Assembly: GCA_963765495.1 (NCBI GenBank) | Contig: CAVXWP010000002.1 | Coordinates: 192,001 to 256,000, forward strand | DNA length: 64,000 bases | DNA from: Blastocatellia bacterium | Lineage (GTDB): Bacteria > Acidobacteriota > Blastocatellia > UBA7656 | Direction: 5' to 3' | Shown here: positions 21,043 to 31,402 of the stretch, one piece after another | How the letters are laid out: each line of letters begins with the position of its first letter | Position numbering within the stretch: the stretch's first letter is position 1 | Position numbers and translations under genes: made by a program | The notes under the pieces: model-generated | The model's input: the letters and a program-made list of their open reading frames with translations, nothing else | The model's database searches: none | Told to the model about the DNA's origin: nothing

Positions 21043-21723
21043 TCAAACATCAGCCCAACGACGCAGCAGGTTATGGTAGACGCCCGTCAACTGCACGGTT
21101 GAGGGATGATCGGCCATATCTTGATTGATCCGTTGTATAGCCATGTCGAGATCAAACAATAACATGCGCTGCCCGTCATCGCGTACCATACTCTGAATCC
21201 AGAAGAATGAGCCAAAGCGCTCGCCTCGTGTCACCGGGCGAACGTGATGCAGGCTGGTCGCAGGATACAGGATCAGATGACCGGCAGGCAGCTTTACGTT
21301 GTGCACGCCATATGTATCTTCGACCACCAGTTCTCCACCGTCATATTCATCAGGTTTTGAAAGAAACAGCGTAGCCGATAGATCCGTTCGCACGCGATGC
21401 GGCGTGCCGGTCACCTGACGGATCGCATTGTCAACGTGAGTGCCAAATGCCTGCCCGCCCTGATAACGATTGAACAACGGAGGAAAGACCTTTAGCGGCA
21501 GCGCCGAGGCCATAAATAGCGCGTTGCGTTCGAGCGCCGCAAGTATTGTGTCACCCAGTTTGCGCGCTACCGGGTGATCTTCGGGCAATTGCTGATTGTT
21601 TTTCTGTCTGGCTGACTGGTGCCCGGCTGTGACCCTGCCGTCAATCCATTCCGCCTCTTCAAGCAACCGGCAGCATTCGACTACCTGCTCGCCGGTCAGC
21701 ACATCTGGAATCGGCATCAACAT
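21043..21723 (-). CDS. piuC: PKHD-type Fe(II)/2-oxoglutarate dioxygenase (PiuC/YbiX)
   Basis: [61 protein letters not shown]. Confidence 0.95.
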   Translation of the reverse strand: MLMPIPDVLTGEQVVECCRLLEEAEWIDGRVTAGHQSARQKNNQQLPEDHPVARKLGDTILAALERNALFMASALPLKVFPPLFNRYQGGQAFGTHVDNAIRQVTGTPHRVRTDLSATLFLSKPDEYDGGELVVEDTYGVHNVKLPAGHLILYPATSLHHVRPVTRGERFGSFFWIQSMVRDDGQRMLLFDLDMAIQRINQDMADHPSTVQLTGVYHNLLRRWADV

Positions 21724-21779
21724 ATATTTTTGCTCCGCATGTAACTTTGCTCCGCACAGCCGTTTGAGTCTCTGCCAGA

Positions 21780-24239
21780 CTAGAATCTGAAGCCCAGACT
21801 CAGATTCGCAGATCGAGCGGCCCCCGGTATCAGGTGACCTCCGCCCAGACGATCAAAGTAATATGCGTCGTTCAGGTTATAGAGATTCAGCCTGAGATCA
21901 ACATGGCTCGTCAACGGATAAGAAGCCATGGCATCTATCGTCCAGTAGCTTCCCACCCGCCTCGTGTTCAGGTTATTGCCGTAGCGATCATCAACGAATC
22001 GAATGCCGCCGCCTACGTTGAGCCTTCGCGGGAGTTCGTAACTCGACCACAGGCTGAGCGAATTCTTCGGGGTATTCTGCAATTCCCTGCCGGTCTCGCC
22101 GGGAGTGTTCGATTCAAGAATTTCGCTGTCCAGATAAGTGTATGCGGCAAAGATACTCCATTCTTTTGTGATGCTGCCCGTCACACCTAACTCCGCGCCG
22201 TAAACACGCTGCTCGCCGTCGAGCACCTGTAAGGGGTCATCAGGCAACAGGCCCGGCGTGCGCGCGTTGGTCTTGTCTACGCGAAATCCCGCAAGGCTAA
22301 ACAACAGCCGCTGGTTGAATGTATCCCACTTGGTTCCGATTTCGAATGTATAGGTTTTCTCAGGCTCGATGTTGACGATGTCGTTTCGGCTACCGTATGA
22401 CAGCCCCTCAAGCGACGGATTGAGCGAGGTTCCATAAGCGGTGTAAATGCTGCCGTGGGCTGTCGGTTTGTAAACTGCCCCGGCCCGCCAGCTGACCATT
22501 CTGTCTATCCTTGAAATCTCCTCTCCCAGAAGGTTGGTCCCGCTCGCATCGAAGTAGTCATAACGCAATCCGCCGTTTAGCTCAAATTTCCGGCCAAGTT
22601 TAACGGTGTCGAATGCATAGGCCGCAAGCGAGTTTCCCGCAAGGTTGCCAACAATAGGACTCAGCGTAATCTTTCCGGTAAAGGTATCGTTCGGATTTGG
22701 ATCGAGCAGCGTGGTGAGCATGTTATCGGCTGTGCGAGTCCTGCGCTGATTCTCTTCACGGGTGAGGGCGATGCCGCTAACCAGCGTATGATCGATCCCC
22801 CCTGTTGAAAACGACGCTCGCAGGTCGGTTTGATTGTCCCAGATATTGTCTTCGGTGAGCCAGGACCGCATCTCTCGATTGATGGCCGTTGAATCGTCGC
22901 TTGCGAAACGGGGCGGGGTCGCTATTGAATCTCGCGTCGAACGCCCGTAACGAAATTGATCGCGAAGCGTGATCCTATCATCAAAGTCACGCTCGAACTT
23001 TACGGTGGCGAGGTCCGAATCGAGCTTCTCATAGTCCCGCGACTTCAAACCATAGAAAGTATCGCGCGGAACGGGAGCGGGCTTGTTGCGATATGCCGCA
23101 AGCGCGTTGTTTGTAGCAGTCACCCACGGAATACCGTAATCCGACAGGTTGTCCTGCTTCAGTTTGAAATAGCTGAACGTGAGACGTGTCGGGGTTCCAA
23201 GACCAAGAGCAAGCGAAGGCGCTACTCCCCAACGTTTGTTCTCGACTTCATCACGTCCGGCAACTCCAGATTCGTGCGCTACGAAGTTTATGCGAAAGGC
23301 GGTTCGGTCCCCCCATCCCAGCCGATCCAACGGTACATTCACATCGCCTGTGACTCGCTTTGTTCGGTCGGTTCCCATATCGAGCGTAAAGCCGTACAGA
23401 GGGGTGGGAATTGGCGATTTGCTGACAAGATTGATAGTGCCGCCTGTCGAACCGCGTCCGCTCAAGGCGGATGACGGCCCCTTCACTACCTCTACCTGTT
23501 CGAGGTTGAAGGGGTCGCGAGCCTGCGGGCTCAAATCGCGCACCCCGTCTATGAATATGTCGTTGCGAGCGCTAAACCCACGCAAGGTCAGATTATCACC
23601 CGCGGGGGTTCCACCTTCGCCTGCCGCAAGCGTAAGCCCAGGAACATTGCGAAGCACATCACGAAGCGAAGTAGCTCCCTGCTCTTCTATGATCGCCTGC
23701 GGAATCACGGTGATCGTCTGCGGAATGTCGCGCAACGGCTCTGTGTATTTTGGCGAAGAGACTATCGGAATCTGCCCCACTACCTCTACTGAATCTGATG
23801 GCCCGGTAACTTCGAGCAACACGGTTTCTGAGGCCGTAACACGATAAGTTACGCCCGTGCCCATCAGGATTTGCTTTAGCGCCTGCTCAACTGAGTACAT
23901 TCCTGAAACTCCTGGAGAGGCAAGATCGCGTATCTTTTCACTTGCGACCAAAACCTGCCATCCGGTCGCGTCGTGGAAGGCGTCCAGAACCGTGCTCAGA
24001 GGCCCGGGCGCGATGTCGAAGCGACGGACGGGGGATTGTGCGCGGTCCTGGAAACAGACAACCTCAACTGCGCTGTTAGGGCGGGGAGAGGCGAATGATT
24101 TTGCCCTACTGTCGATTACCCCGTAGGCCATCAATACGCCCACGGTGCTGAGAGTGAGCCAGTAGCGCGGCCCTCGCTCTCCCTTTTTTTTCCTCTTTTT
24201 CTGGCTCTTTTTTCCTATTTTCTTTGACCCTGTCTTCAT
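21780..24239 (-). CDS. TonB-dependent siderophore receptor (Fiu/PiuA-like) with N-terminal STN domain
   Basis: FDIAPGPL...SPGVSG STN domain; plug [15 protein letters not shown]...RGFS...EVVKGPSS; C-terminal SLGFRF. Confidence 0.93.
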   Translation of the reverse strand: MKTGSKKIGKKSQKKRKKKGERGPRYWLTLSTVGVLMAYGVIDSRAKSFASPRPNSAVEVVCFQDRAQSPVRRFDIAPGPLSTVLDAFHDATGWQVLVASEKIRDLASPGVSGMYSVEQALKQILMGTGVTYRVTASETVLLEVTGPSDSVEVVGQIPIVSSPKYTEPLRDIPQTITVIPQAIIEEQGATSLRDVLRNVPGLTLAAGEGGTPAGDNLTLRGFSARNDIFIDGVRDLSPQARDPFNLEQVEVVKGPSSALSGRGSTGGTINLVSKSPIPTPLYGFTLDMGTDRTKRVTGDVNVPLDRLGWGDRTAFRINFVAHESGVAGRDEVENKRWGVAPSLALGLGTPTRLTFSYFKLKQDNLSDYGIPWVTATNNALAAYRNKPAPVPRDTFYGLKSRDYEKLDSDLATVKFERDFDDRITLRDQFRYGRSTRDSIATPPRFASDDSTAINREMRSWLTEDNIWDNQTDLRASFSTGGIDHTLVSGIALTREENQRRTRTADNMLTTLLDPNPNDTFTGKITLSPIVGNLAGNSLAAYAFDTVKLGRKFELNGGLRYDYFDASGTNLLGEEISRIDRMVSWRAGAVYKPTAHGSIYTAYGTSLNPSLEGLSYGSRNDIVNIEPEKTYTFEIGTKWDTFNQRLLFSLAGFRVDKTNARTPGLLPDDPLQVLDGEQRVYGAELGVTGSITKEWSIFAAYTYLDSEILESNTPGETGRELQNTPKNSLSLWSSYELPRRLNVGGGIRFVDDRYGNNLNTRRVGSYWTIDAMASYPLTSHVDLRLNLYNLNDAYYFDRLGGGHLIPGAARSANLSLGFRF

Positions 24240-24581
24240 ATTCTCTTCTCCTTTTCCCGCCTTACTTCAAAGCATGACCAGATATCCAAAGACGACGATG
24301 CTGTGTCGTTGCCGCCACATCTTTTCGAATCGGAATTTACAGGAGCGAAACAAGACACACGGATATCGAGAGCTGACCGGCTGTTACCGTATCGGCAAAT
24401 GTGCAATCCGCTGTGCGTGCGTTCTTTCGGGTGGTGTGCTAGGATAGAGCCCGCACGCCACCTGTAAAACAGACTGTCTGATCGGGTCGGCCCGTGCACC
24501 TGAAGCATCCGGCGCGTCACCGCCGGATGCTTTATCATTTTGTAATCGCCTGCCGCGCCCTCTTATTCAAAAACCGTGAAT

Positions 24582-24598
24582 TTGAAAATCATTTTCAA
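24582..24598. promoter_or_regulatory. Fur-like iron box
   Basis: Perfect palindrome TTGAAAAT-C-ATTTTCAA resembling the 7-1-7 TGATAATNATTATCA box, just downstream of the predicted promoter; weaker second box TGAAATCCGTTTTCA at 24650-24664. Confidence 0.75.
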
Positions 24599-24606
24599 GA
24601 TTGACG

Positions 24607-24635
24607 ATACTATGATTTCTTAAAAAGGTTGTCAA
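24607..24635 (-). promoter_or_regulatory. sigma70-type promoter of the iron-uptake operon
   Basis: Minus strand TTGACA-17 nt-TAGTAT. Confidence 0.7.
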
Positions 24636-24958
24636 GGTCTTTTTGCAACTGAAATCCGTTTTCAATAATTTCTCGAAAGGCCGATGGCATTCAGGGACAA
24701 ATTATTCTGAGATTGATCTGGCGAGACAGTAAGAAACCACTGATTGGCTTATAAAAAAGCTTTGAGTATTTTGCGGCTTTTCGCCTTTGCTTAAATCTAT
24801 TTCTCGCCCATCCATTTAGTACACGAAGTACGCAAAGCATTTCCTGAGAATTATATCGCTCTGAAAGACATCAGGGGCAGTCACACAAACAAATGGTGTT
24901 GTTGACTGCGTATTCTGAAGCCCGGAGCAAACATCCAGAACTCAAACCTTAATGTCAC

Positions 24959-24995
24959 TGTCCGTTTTTGAAAATCCCACATCCCACAAGTGAGA
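24959..24995 (+). promoter_or_regulatory. Putative enhancer (UAS) copy 1 for a sigma54 activator
   Basis: TGTCCGTTTTTGAAAATCCCACATCCCACAAGTGAGA aligns without gaps to 26115-26151; lies about 110 bp upstream of a -24/-12 motif. Confidence 0.55.
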
Positions 24996-25069
24996 GGTTT
25001 CTGCCGGAATGGACACTGCCGCTCTCGGGCAACCTTTCTTATTGCAATACTTAGTTTTAGCGGTGCCTT

Positions 25070-25085
25070 TGGCACAGCAATTGGA
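25070..25085 (+). promoter_or_regulatory. sigma54 -24/-12 promoter
   Basis: TGGCAC-AGCAA-TTGGA (consensus TGGCAC-N5-TTGC). Confidence 0.6.
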
Positions 25086-25123
25086 TAATAAAAAGGCCCG
25101 GCTCCACAGGTGAGGGTGAGATT

Positions 25124-25420
25124 ATGAAAGCCTTGATCGGAGACATTCGTTTTGCGCTTCGGCTGGTGGTCGAAAACACCGGCAATATCGCTTTGGCGGC
25201 AATGGCGCTGGCCTTGAGCATTGGTGTCAACTTCGCCATTTCGGGTAATAGCAACAGAATATTCTTACGTTCCGATATGATCAAGGCCAGCAGTATGAAC
25301 CCACCGGGTGTACAATCAGTAGAATTGAGCTTAGACTCTGATTATAGATTTCTGTTTGGGCGCAATAATAATTCGTGTATTATCTTAACCCGATTTCGAT
25401 CACCAGGGTGGAATTCCTGA
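25124..25420 (+). CDS. Small protein or remnant resembling the N-terminus of ADOP permeases
   Basis: MKALIGDIRFALRLVVENTGNIALAAMALALSIGVNFAIS resembles [40 protein letters not shown] of 4069..6531; GAGG RBS. Confidence 0.5.
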   Translation: MKALIGDIRFALRLVVENTGNIALAAMALALSIGVNFAISGNSNRIFLRSDMIKASSMNPPGVQSVELSLDSDYRFLFGRNNNSCIILTRFRSPGWNS

Positions 25421-25436
25421 CCAGGGGAGTTTAGTC

Positions 25437-26102
25437 ATGATCTCACTGAGAAATATAGAAAAAGCGTATGAGACCGGCGTTGGAAAGACCTATGTGCTGC
25501 GCCGGATAAATATTGATGTAAAGCCGGGTGAATTCGTCTCTATAATGGGACCGTCGGGCGCGGGCAAATCCACATTGCTTCACCTGCTCGGCATGCACGA
25601 TGCCAGTTGGACGGGCGAGTATATCTTTTTGGAAGAGCCGGTCCACAAACTCGATAAGAGGAAGAGGGCAGATCTTCGTAATAAGAATATAGGCTTCGTT
25701 TTTCAAAGCTATCATTTGCTCGATCACATGACGGTTTACGAAAATCTCGAAATACCGCTTTCATATAGAGACATCAGGAAGGCCGACCGCGAGAGCATCG
25801 TCTGCGACGTGCTCGACAGATTTCAAATCGTGGGCAAAAAAGATTTGTATCCTAACCAGTTGTCCGGCGGGCAGCAGCAACTCGTAGGCGTAGCCAGAGC
25901 GATAATCGCAAATCCAAAGATTATCCTCGCCGACGAGCCTACAGGCAATCTGCACTCCGATCAGGGCAAAGAGATCATGGAGCTTTTCAAGAAGTTGAAT
26001 GAGGGCGGAACAACCATCATTCAAGTTACACACTCTGAGGTAAATGCTACGTATGGCAACAGGGTCATTCATCTGAGGGATGGATGGATTGTAACTAACT
26101 GA
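25437..26102 (+). CDS. ABC transporter ATP-binding protein (MacB/LolD-like)
   Basis: [38 protein letters not shown]. Confidence 0.95.
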   Translation: MISLRNIEKAYETGVGKTYVLRRINIDVKPGEFVSIMGPSGAGKSTLLHLLGMHDASWTGEYIFLEEPVHKLDKRKRADLRNKNIGFVFQSYHLLDHMTVYENLEIPLSYRDIRKADRESIVCDVLDRFQIVGKKDLYPNQLSGGQQQLVGVARAIIANPKIILADEPTGNLHSDQGKEIMELFKKLNEGGTTIIQVTHSEVNATYGNRVIHLRDGWIVTN

Positions 26103-26114
26103 GGGGTGAATAAT

Positions 26115-26151
26115 TGTCCGATTGTGAACAGCCTCAGTCCCAGAAGTGGGG
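26115..26151 (+). promoter_or_regulatory. Putative enhancer (UAS) copy 2
   Basis: TGTCCGATTGTGAACAGCCTCAGTCCCAGAAGTGGGG; same spacing as copy 1; 100 bp upstream of TGGCAC with an AT-rich spacer. Confidence 0.55.
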
Positions 26152-26214
26152 TATAAGAGGGTCGGGTTGTTTTTTAAGATGTTTTATATAAGAATTTACG
26201 ATGCACAGGTATAA

Positions 26215-26230
26215 TGGCACGCAACTTTCC
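26215..26230 (+). promoter_or_regulatory. sigma54-like -24/-12 promoter (degenerate -12)
   Basis: TGGCAC-GCAAC-TTTCC, 22 nt upstream of the adaptor gene ATG. Confidence 0.45.
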
Positions 26231-26251
26231 TAACGTGATTTGGAGGCAAAG

Positions 26252-27505
26252 ATGGATGTACCGCGCAAATCAGCAAAACGTAATCGCCAGATTCGCCGCA
26301 TACTTTATGTTGCAGGCGCTGTGCTTGCGATAGCAGTCATTACCGTAGGCGTGTCGCGCCTCAAACCCGCGGCCCCCGCCATAGAAGGCAATACGGTCTG
26401 GCCCGATACGGTCAAGCGCGGAGAGATGCTCCGCCAGGTGCGAGGACTCGGAACCCTCGTGCCCGAAGAGACCCGATGGATACCGGCCGCCACTCAGGGC
26501 CGCGTCGAACGCCGTCTGGTCAAACCCGGCGATACGGTGAAAGCCGACTCCGTGCTTCTGGTTTTGAGCAACCCCGAACTGGAACAGTCGCTCCAAGAAG
26601 CCGAGCAGCAATTGAAGTCTGCCAAAGCCGCGTATGAAAGCAAGAGGGTCGAGTTGGAAAAACGTGTCCTCGATCAGAGGGCGACGACTGCCACGGCCAA
26701 AGCCAATTACAGCGAGGCAAAACTTCAGGCGGAAGTTAATGAAGACCTTGCCAAGCAGGGCTTGATTGCCGAATTGCCGCTAAAGGTCTCGAAGGTCAGG
26801 GCCGAAGATTCGCAGACCCGTTACGAGATCGAGCAAAAACGCCTCGACATCACCAGTGACGAAGTCAAAGCCCAGCTAGGCGTACAGCAGGCCGCGCTCG
26901 AACAGGCCCGCGACCTTTACACTCTCAGGCACAAGCAGGTCGATGATCTAAACGTCCGACCGGGTCTCGCGGGCGTCGTCCAGCAGGTAGAAGTCGAGGT
27001 CGGTCAGCAGGTAACACCCGGAACCAACCTCGCGAGAGTTGCAAACCCGGAAGAGTTAAAGGCTGAACTCAGAATCGCTGAGACCCAGGCCAGAGACATA
27101 CTGATAGGCCAGAAGGCAACCATCGATACGCGCAACGGTCTCATAGCGGGGCATGTCATCCGCATTGACCCGGCCTCGCAAAACGGGACGGTCGGCGTCG
27201 ACGTTTCGCTCGACGGCGATCTGCCTAAAGGCGCACGCGCCGCACTGAGCGTTGACGGCACTATTGAGTTGGAACGGCTTGAAAACATTCTATATATGGG
27301 CCGCCCGGTTCACGGCACAGAAAACAGTCAGATCACCCTCTTCAAATATGAAGAAGATGGAAAGGCAGCCGTTCGCGTACCTGTCCGGCTGGGTCGCAGT
27401 TCCGTAAGCACGGTCGAAATTCTGGACGGACTAAAAGAAGGCGACCGCGTGATCTTGTCGGATATGTCGGCGTGGGATAATGTCGAACGCGTTCGTATAA
27501 ACTGA
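26252..27505 (+). CDS. Efflux periplasmic adaptor / membrane fusion protein (MacA/HlyD-like)
   Basis: GGAGG RBS; N-terminal TM; VKRGEMLRQVRGLGTLVP; lipoyl halves flanking a long coiled coil; VEILDGLKEGDRVILSD. Confidence 0.92.
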   Translation: MDVPRKSAKRNRQIRRILYVAGAVLAIAVITVGVSRLKPAAPAIEGNTVWPDTVKRGEMLRQVRGLGTLVPEETRWIPAATQGRVERRLVKPGDTVKADSVLLVLSNPELEQSLQEAEQQLKSAKAAYESKRVELEKRVLDQRATTATAKANYSEAKLQAEVNEDLAKQGLIAELPLKVSKVRAEDSQTRYEIEQKRLDITSDEVKAQLGVQQAALEQARDLYTLRHKQVDDLNVRPGLAGVVQQVEVEVGQQVTPGTNLARVANPEELKAELRIAETQARDILIGQKATIDTRNGLIAGHVIRIDPASQNGTVGVDVSLDGDLPKGARAALSVDGTIELERLENILYMGRPVHGTENSQITLFKYEEDGKAAVRVPVRLGRSSVSTVEILDGLKEGDRVILSDMSAWDNVERVRIN

Positions 27506-27543
27506 ATCTCGGAATAGATGATTAAGGAGGAGTAGGAAAAAAT

Positions 27544-28284
27544 ATGAGTACAGCAGATCAACCGCTCATTCGCCTCGATGGTGTGAAGAAGGTTTTCCTT
27601 ACCGACGAGGTAGAAACTCACGCCCTTTCCGGCATCCACATGGAGATCAAGAAAGGCGAGTACATAGCCATTGCCGGACCATCAGGCTGCGGCAAGTCTA
27701 CGCTGCTTTCAATCCTCGGGCTGCTCGATTCGCCGTCGGACGGCAACTACACGCTGGACGGCAAATCCGTGGCCGATCTTCCGCTATCGGAGAGAGCCCG
27801 CATCCGCAACCGTGAAGTCGGTTTCATCTTTCAGAGCTTCAACCTGATTGGTGATCTGAGCGTCTACGAAAACGTAGAGCTTCCGCTGACCTATCGCGGG
27901 ATGAAGAGCGCGGAACGCAAAAAGAGAGTCAACGACGCGCTTGAACGCGTAGGCATGGCGCACAGGTCGAAACACCTGCCGAGTCAGCTATCGGGCGGTC
28001 AGCAGCAGCGCGTAGCCGTTGCCCGCGCCGTTGCGGGTGAACCGCTGATCCTGCTTGCGGATGAGCCTACTGGAAACCTCGACTCGACAAACGGCGAAGC
28101 GGTTATGGACCTGCTCAGAGAGCTTCATCAGCAGGGCGCTACTATCTGCATGGTCACGCACGATCCCAGATATGCGCGCCACGCCGACCGTGGTATTCAT
28201 CTGTTTGACGGTCGGGTGGTCGAAGAAGAAGACATGCCCAAAGCCGAGCACGAGTTGAAAGAGAGTGGCTTCGAAATAGCCTGA
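27544..28284 (+). CDS. ABC transporter ATP-binding protein (MacB/LolD-like)
   Basis: [47 protein letters not shown]. Confidence 0.95.
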   Translation: MSTADQPLIRLDGVKKVFLTDEVETHALSGIHMEIKKGEYIAIAGPSGCGKSTLLSILGLLDSPSDGNYTLDGKSVADLPLSERARIRNREVGFIFQSFNLIGDLSVYENVELPLTYRGMKSAERKKRVNDALERVGMAHRSKHLPSQLSGGQQQRVAVARAVAGEPLILLADEPTGNLDSTNGEAVMDLLRELHQQGATICMVTHDPRYARHADRGIHLFDGRVVEEEDMPKAEHELKESGFEIA

Positions 28285-28345
28285 CGGCTATTTTCACCCC
28301 TTTCTGAATCCAGACGATTCATCCTCAGAGGCGAATCGTCTGGAT
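28273..28345 (+). terminator. Hairpins after the ATPase gene (probable terminator)
   Basis: AAATAGCC-TGAC-GGCTATTT spans the stop codon; 13-bp stem ATCCAGACGATTC/GAATCGTCTGGAT at 28308-28345. Confidence 0.5.
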
Positions 28346-28596
28346 ATGCTTGCGGATGAGCATGACGCGGCGAGTCTGTCGCCTGGTAGCCATAGAATTT
28401 AATAGGCAGCCTGATTTGATTGGGCTGCCTAAAATTTTCTTGCCGCATGCGAATTTGCAAGATCGTATTTGGAACGATGAATATGCTTTATTTTAGAGAT
28501 GGATATAGATTCATTTGCTCTAATCTTGTATGCTCTGATCAGGTCTTTTCTTTTGGTGAGAGGCTAAATAAAGGAAGTTTTTTTGGACAGTGACAG

Positions 28597-29967
28597 ATGA
28601 AGACTCAGGAATCTTTTAATCCCAGAATACTGATCGCCGACGATCAACAGGACGTGCTTGAGGCGCTGCGCCTTTTGCTAAAGAGCGAAGGCTACAGGAT
28701 CGAATCCGCTACCTCGCCTGCGGCAATACTTGAAGCCGTGGAAGACAGGGATTTCGATGTCCTTCTGATGGATCTCAATTACGCTCGCGATACGACCTCG
28801 GGCCAGGAAGGACTCGACCTGCTGACTCGTATTCAAAAGATGGACTCGACCCTGCCCATAGTGGTGATGACCGCCTGGGGGAGCGTAAAGCTTGCGGTCG
28901 AGGCCATGCGCCGTGGCGCGCGCGATTTTGTGCAAAAGCCCTGGGAGAATGAACGGCTGCTTTCTATCTTGAGCACTCAGGTCGAACTCGGGCAAGCGCT
29001 CAGAAAAGGCGAGCGCCTGGAAGCCGAAAACCTCCTGCTCCGCGACGAGGGCCGCCCGCTATTCATAGCCGAATCTCCAGCCATGCAACCGGTCCTTCAG
29101 ATGATCGCCCGCGTAGGCCCTTCCGATGCCAACGTGCTGATAACGGGCGAGAACGGAACGGGCAAGGGTGTCGTAGCTCAAACCATGCACGCAATTTCCG
29201 ACCGGGCCGCAAAGCCTATGGTGACGGTCAACGTGGGCGGGCTCTCCGAGGGCGTCTTTGAGAGCGAGCTTTTCGGCCACGTGAAGGGCGCTTTTACCGA
29301 TGCAAAAACTGATCGCGTGGGGCGTTTCGAGATGGCCGAAGGCGGCACGCTCTTCCTCGATGAGATTGCCAATCTCCCAATCAATCAACAGCCCAAACTT
29401 TTGCGCGTGCTCGAAACCGGCGAATTCGAACGCGTGGGTTCTTCAAAGACCCGACGCGCCAATGTGCGGGTGCTTTCGGCAACAAATGCCGATCTGAACG
29501 AAGAACTGACGGCCGGGCGCTTCCGACAGGATTTGTTGTTTCGCCTCAATACGGTCGAAATCCGCCTCCCTCCCCTGCGCGACCGCCCCGAAGATATTCC
29601 CGTACTGGCTCAACATTTTCTCCGCCAGCACGAAGGCCGTTATCGCAAGAAACTGACAGGATTTTCTCCTGCCGCGATGCAGGTCTTGATGCGTCACCGA
29701 TGGCCCGGCAACGTGCGCGAACTCGATCACGCCGTGGAGCGCGCCGTGTTGATGGCGCAGGGAAAAGTCGTTGAGGCCGCAGACCTGGGATTGCAACAGG
29801 GGGCCGAAGTCTCGCGCAGGCTCGAAGATATGAGCCTCGAAGAAGTCGAGGGCTTTTTGATTCAAAAAACCCTGGCACAGTGCGAGGGAAATGTGAGTCG
29901 CGCAGCCGAAAAGCTGGGCCTGAGCCGCAGTGCCCTCTACCGACGCCTTCAGCGATATGGATTATGA
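28597..29967 (+). CDS. sigma54-dependent response regulator (NtrC family)
   Basis: Receiver domain; GENGTGKG; ESELFGHVKGAFTDA (GAFTGA variant); LFLDEI; WPGNVREL; Fis-type HTH LGLSRSALYRRL. Confidence 0.95.
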   Translation: MKTQESFNPRILIADDQQDVLEALRLLLKSEGYRIESATSPAAILEAVEDRDFDVLLMDLNYARDTTSGQEGLDLLTRIQKMDSTLPIVVMTAWGSVKLAVEAMRRGARDFVQKPWENERLLSILSTQVELGQALRKGERLEAENLLLRDEGRPLFIAESPAMQPVLQMIARVGPSDANVLITGENGTGKGVVAQTMHAISDRAAKPMVTVNVGGLSEGVFESELFGHVKGAFTDAKTDRVGRFEMAEGGTLFLDEIANLPINQQPKLLRVLETGEFERVGSSKTRRANVRVLSATNADLNEELTAGRFRQDLLFRLNTVEIRLPPLRDRPEDIPVLAQHFLRQHEGRYRKKLTGFSPAAMQVLMRHRWPGNVRELDHAVERAVLMAQGKVVEAADLGLQQGAEVSRRLEDMSLEEVEGFLIQKTLAQCEGNVSRAAEKLGLSRSALYRRLQRYGL

Positions 29968-31346
29968 GAAGCTTGAGATTGCGGGTCACTGATTCCAATT
30001 CAATTCGAAAGGGAAACAGGACAGGGGTCCGAAATCGAAGATACAGGCACGAACGCCAGATCTGGGTCATGGCCCTGGTTTCAGGGCTGCCCGGCGTTTT
30101 AATAGCCATGATCTTTCTCTGGTCCGGGCCTTACACGGCCAAAGTGCAATGGACGCTTACGGTCTTGATAACCGGGTTCTGGCTCGGTTTTTCTTACGCG
30201 GTCCGCGAGCGCGTAATATACCCCCTTCAAACACTGTCGAATCTGCTGGCCGCGCTGCGCGAGGGAGACTTTTCTATCCGCGCTCGCGGAGCCATTCCCG
30301 ATGACGCGCTGGGAGAGGCTATGCTTGAGGTCAACTCTCTCGGCGAGACCCTGCGCGAGCAACGTCTGGGCGCGTTGGAGGCAACGGCTCTACTCTCGAC
30401 CGTGATGGCCGAAATAAATGTGGCCGTATTCGCATTCGATAGCGAGCAAAGGCTTGCGCTTGTAAACCGGGCAGGAGAGCGATTGCTTGCTCAACCTTCC
30501 GAACGCCTGATGGGGCGTAGCGCCGAAGTGCTTGGGCTGTTGGATTGCCTGAATGGAGAAAGCGTTCGCACGCTTGAGATGTCTTTCCCCGGTCGCACAG
30601 CCAGATGGGAAGTGAGGCGAAGCACTTTCCGCGAGCGAGGCATACCCCATCAACTGCTGGTGCTTTCGGATTTGAGCCGCGCCCTCCGTGAAGAAGAGCG
30701 TCAGGCGTGGCAGCGACTCGTCCGCGTCCTTGGTCACGAACTGAACAATTCGCTCGCTCCGATAAAATCCATAGCGGGCAGCCTTGAAACCCTGGTCGTG
30801 CGCGAGCCGAGACCAGCGGATTGGAAAGAAGATATGCATCGCGGTCTTGGCGTAATCGCTTCGCGTGCCGCCGCGTTGAGCCGCTTCATGGAAGCCTATG
30901 CGCGGCTGGCCCGATTGCCTCAACCGAAGTTCGAATCAATGAATGTGGGTGAGCTTGTCCGGCGAGTCGCGGGGCTTGAGACGCGCCTGCCCGTAGCTAT
31001 CGCACCTGGACCTGAGTTGCTTACACGAGCAGACACAGACCAGATCGAACAGCTATTGATAAACCTGATTCGAAACGGCGTGGACGCGGCTATGGAAACG
31101 GGCGGCGGGGTCAGAATCGGGTGGACCCGGTCTATAAGCTATCTAGACATCTGGGTGGAGGATGAGGGGCCGGGGCTATCGAACACAGCCAATCTTTTTG
31201 TCCCGTTCTTTACTACAAAACCGGGCGGCTCGGGCATCGGGCTGGTGCTTTGTCGTCAGATTGCCGAAGCACACGGCGGCACGCTCGCGCTTGAAAATCG
31301 CACTACCGAAATAGGGTGCAGAGCACGATTGCGTCTGCCGCTTTGA
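29964..31346 (+). CDS. Sensor histidine kinase (2 TM, HAMP, PAS; NtrY/NtrB-like)
   Basis: ATGA overlap with the regulator; LGHELNNSLAPI, NLIRNG, DEGPG, FVPFFTTKPGGSGIGL. Confidence 0.92.
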   Translation: MRSLRLRVTDSNSIRKGNRTGVRNRRYRHERQIWVMALVSGLPGVLIAMIFLWSGPYTAKVQWTLTVLITGFWLGFSYAVRERVIYPLQTLSNLLAALREGDFSIRARGAIPDDALGEAMLEVNSLGETLREQRLGALEATALLSTVMAEINVAVFAFDSEQRLALVNRAGERLLAQPSERLMGRSAEVLGLLDCLNGESVRTLEMSFPGRTARWEVRRSTFRERGIPHQLLVLSDLSRALREEERQAWQRLVRVLGHELNNSLAPIKSIAGSLETLVVREPRPADWKEDMHRGLGVIASRAAALSRFMEAYARLARLPQPKFESMNVGELVRRVAGLETRLPVAIAPGPELLTRADTDQIEQLLINLIRNGVDAAMETGGGVRIGWTRSISYLDIWVEDEGPGLSNTANLFVPFFTTKPGGSGIGLVLCRQIAEAHGGTLALENRTTEIGCRARLRLPL

Positions 31347-31402
31347 GGTAATGCGCCAATCAAATTTGAAAGCCGATCTCGTTGTGAGAGAATGAACCCT
31401 GC

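Noticed and set aside
24240-24580. Cobalamin riboswitch upstream of the TonB receptor
   Set aside because: No B12-box motifs recognised; the Fur-like box and piuC context point to iron control.
28346-28596. Structured ncRNA between the ATPase and the NtrC-type regulator
   Set aside because: Hairpins are present (e.g. TAGGCAGCC/GGCTGCCTA) but no recognisable family motif; terminator and promoter roles are sufficient to explain them.
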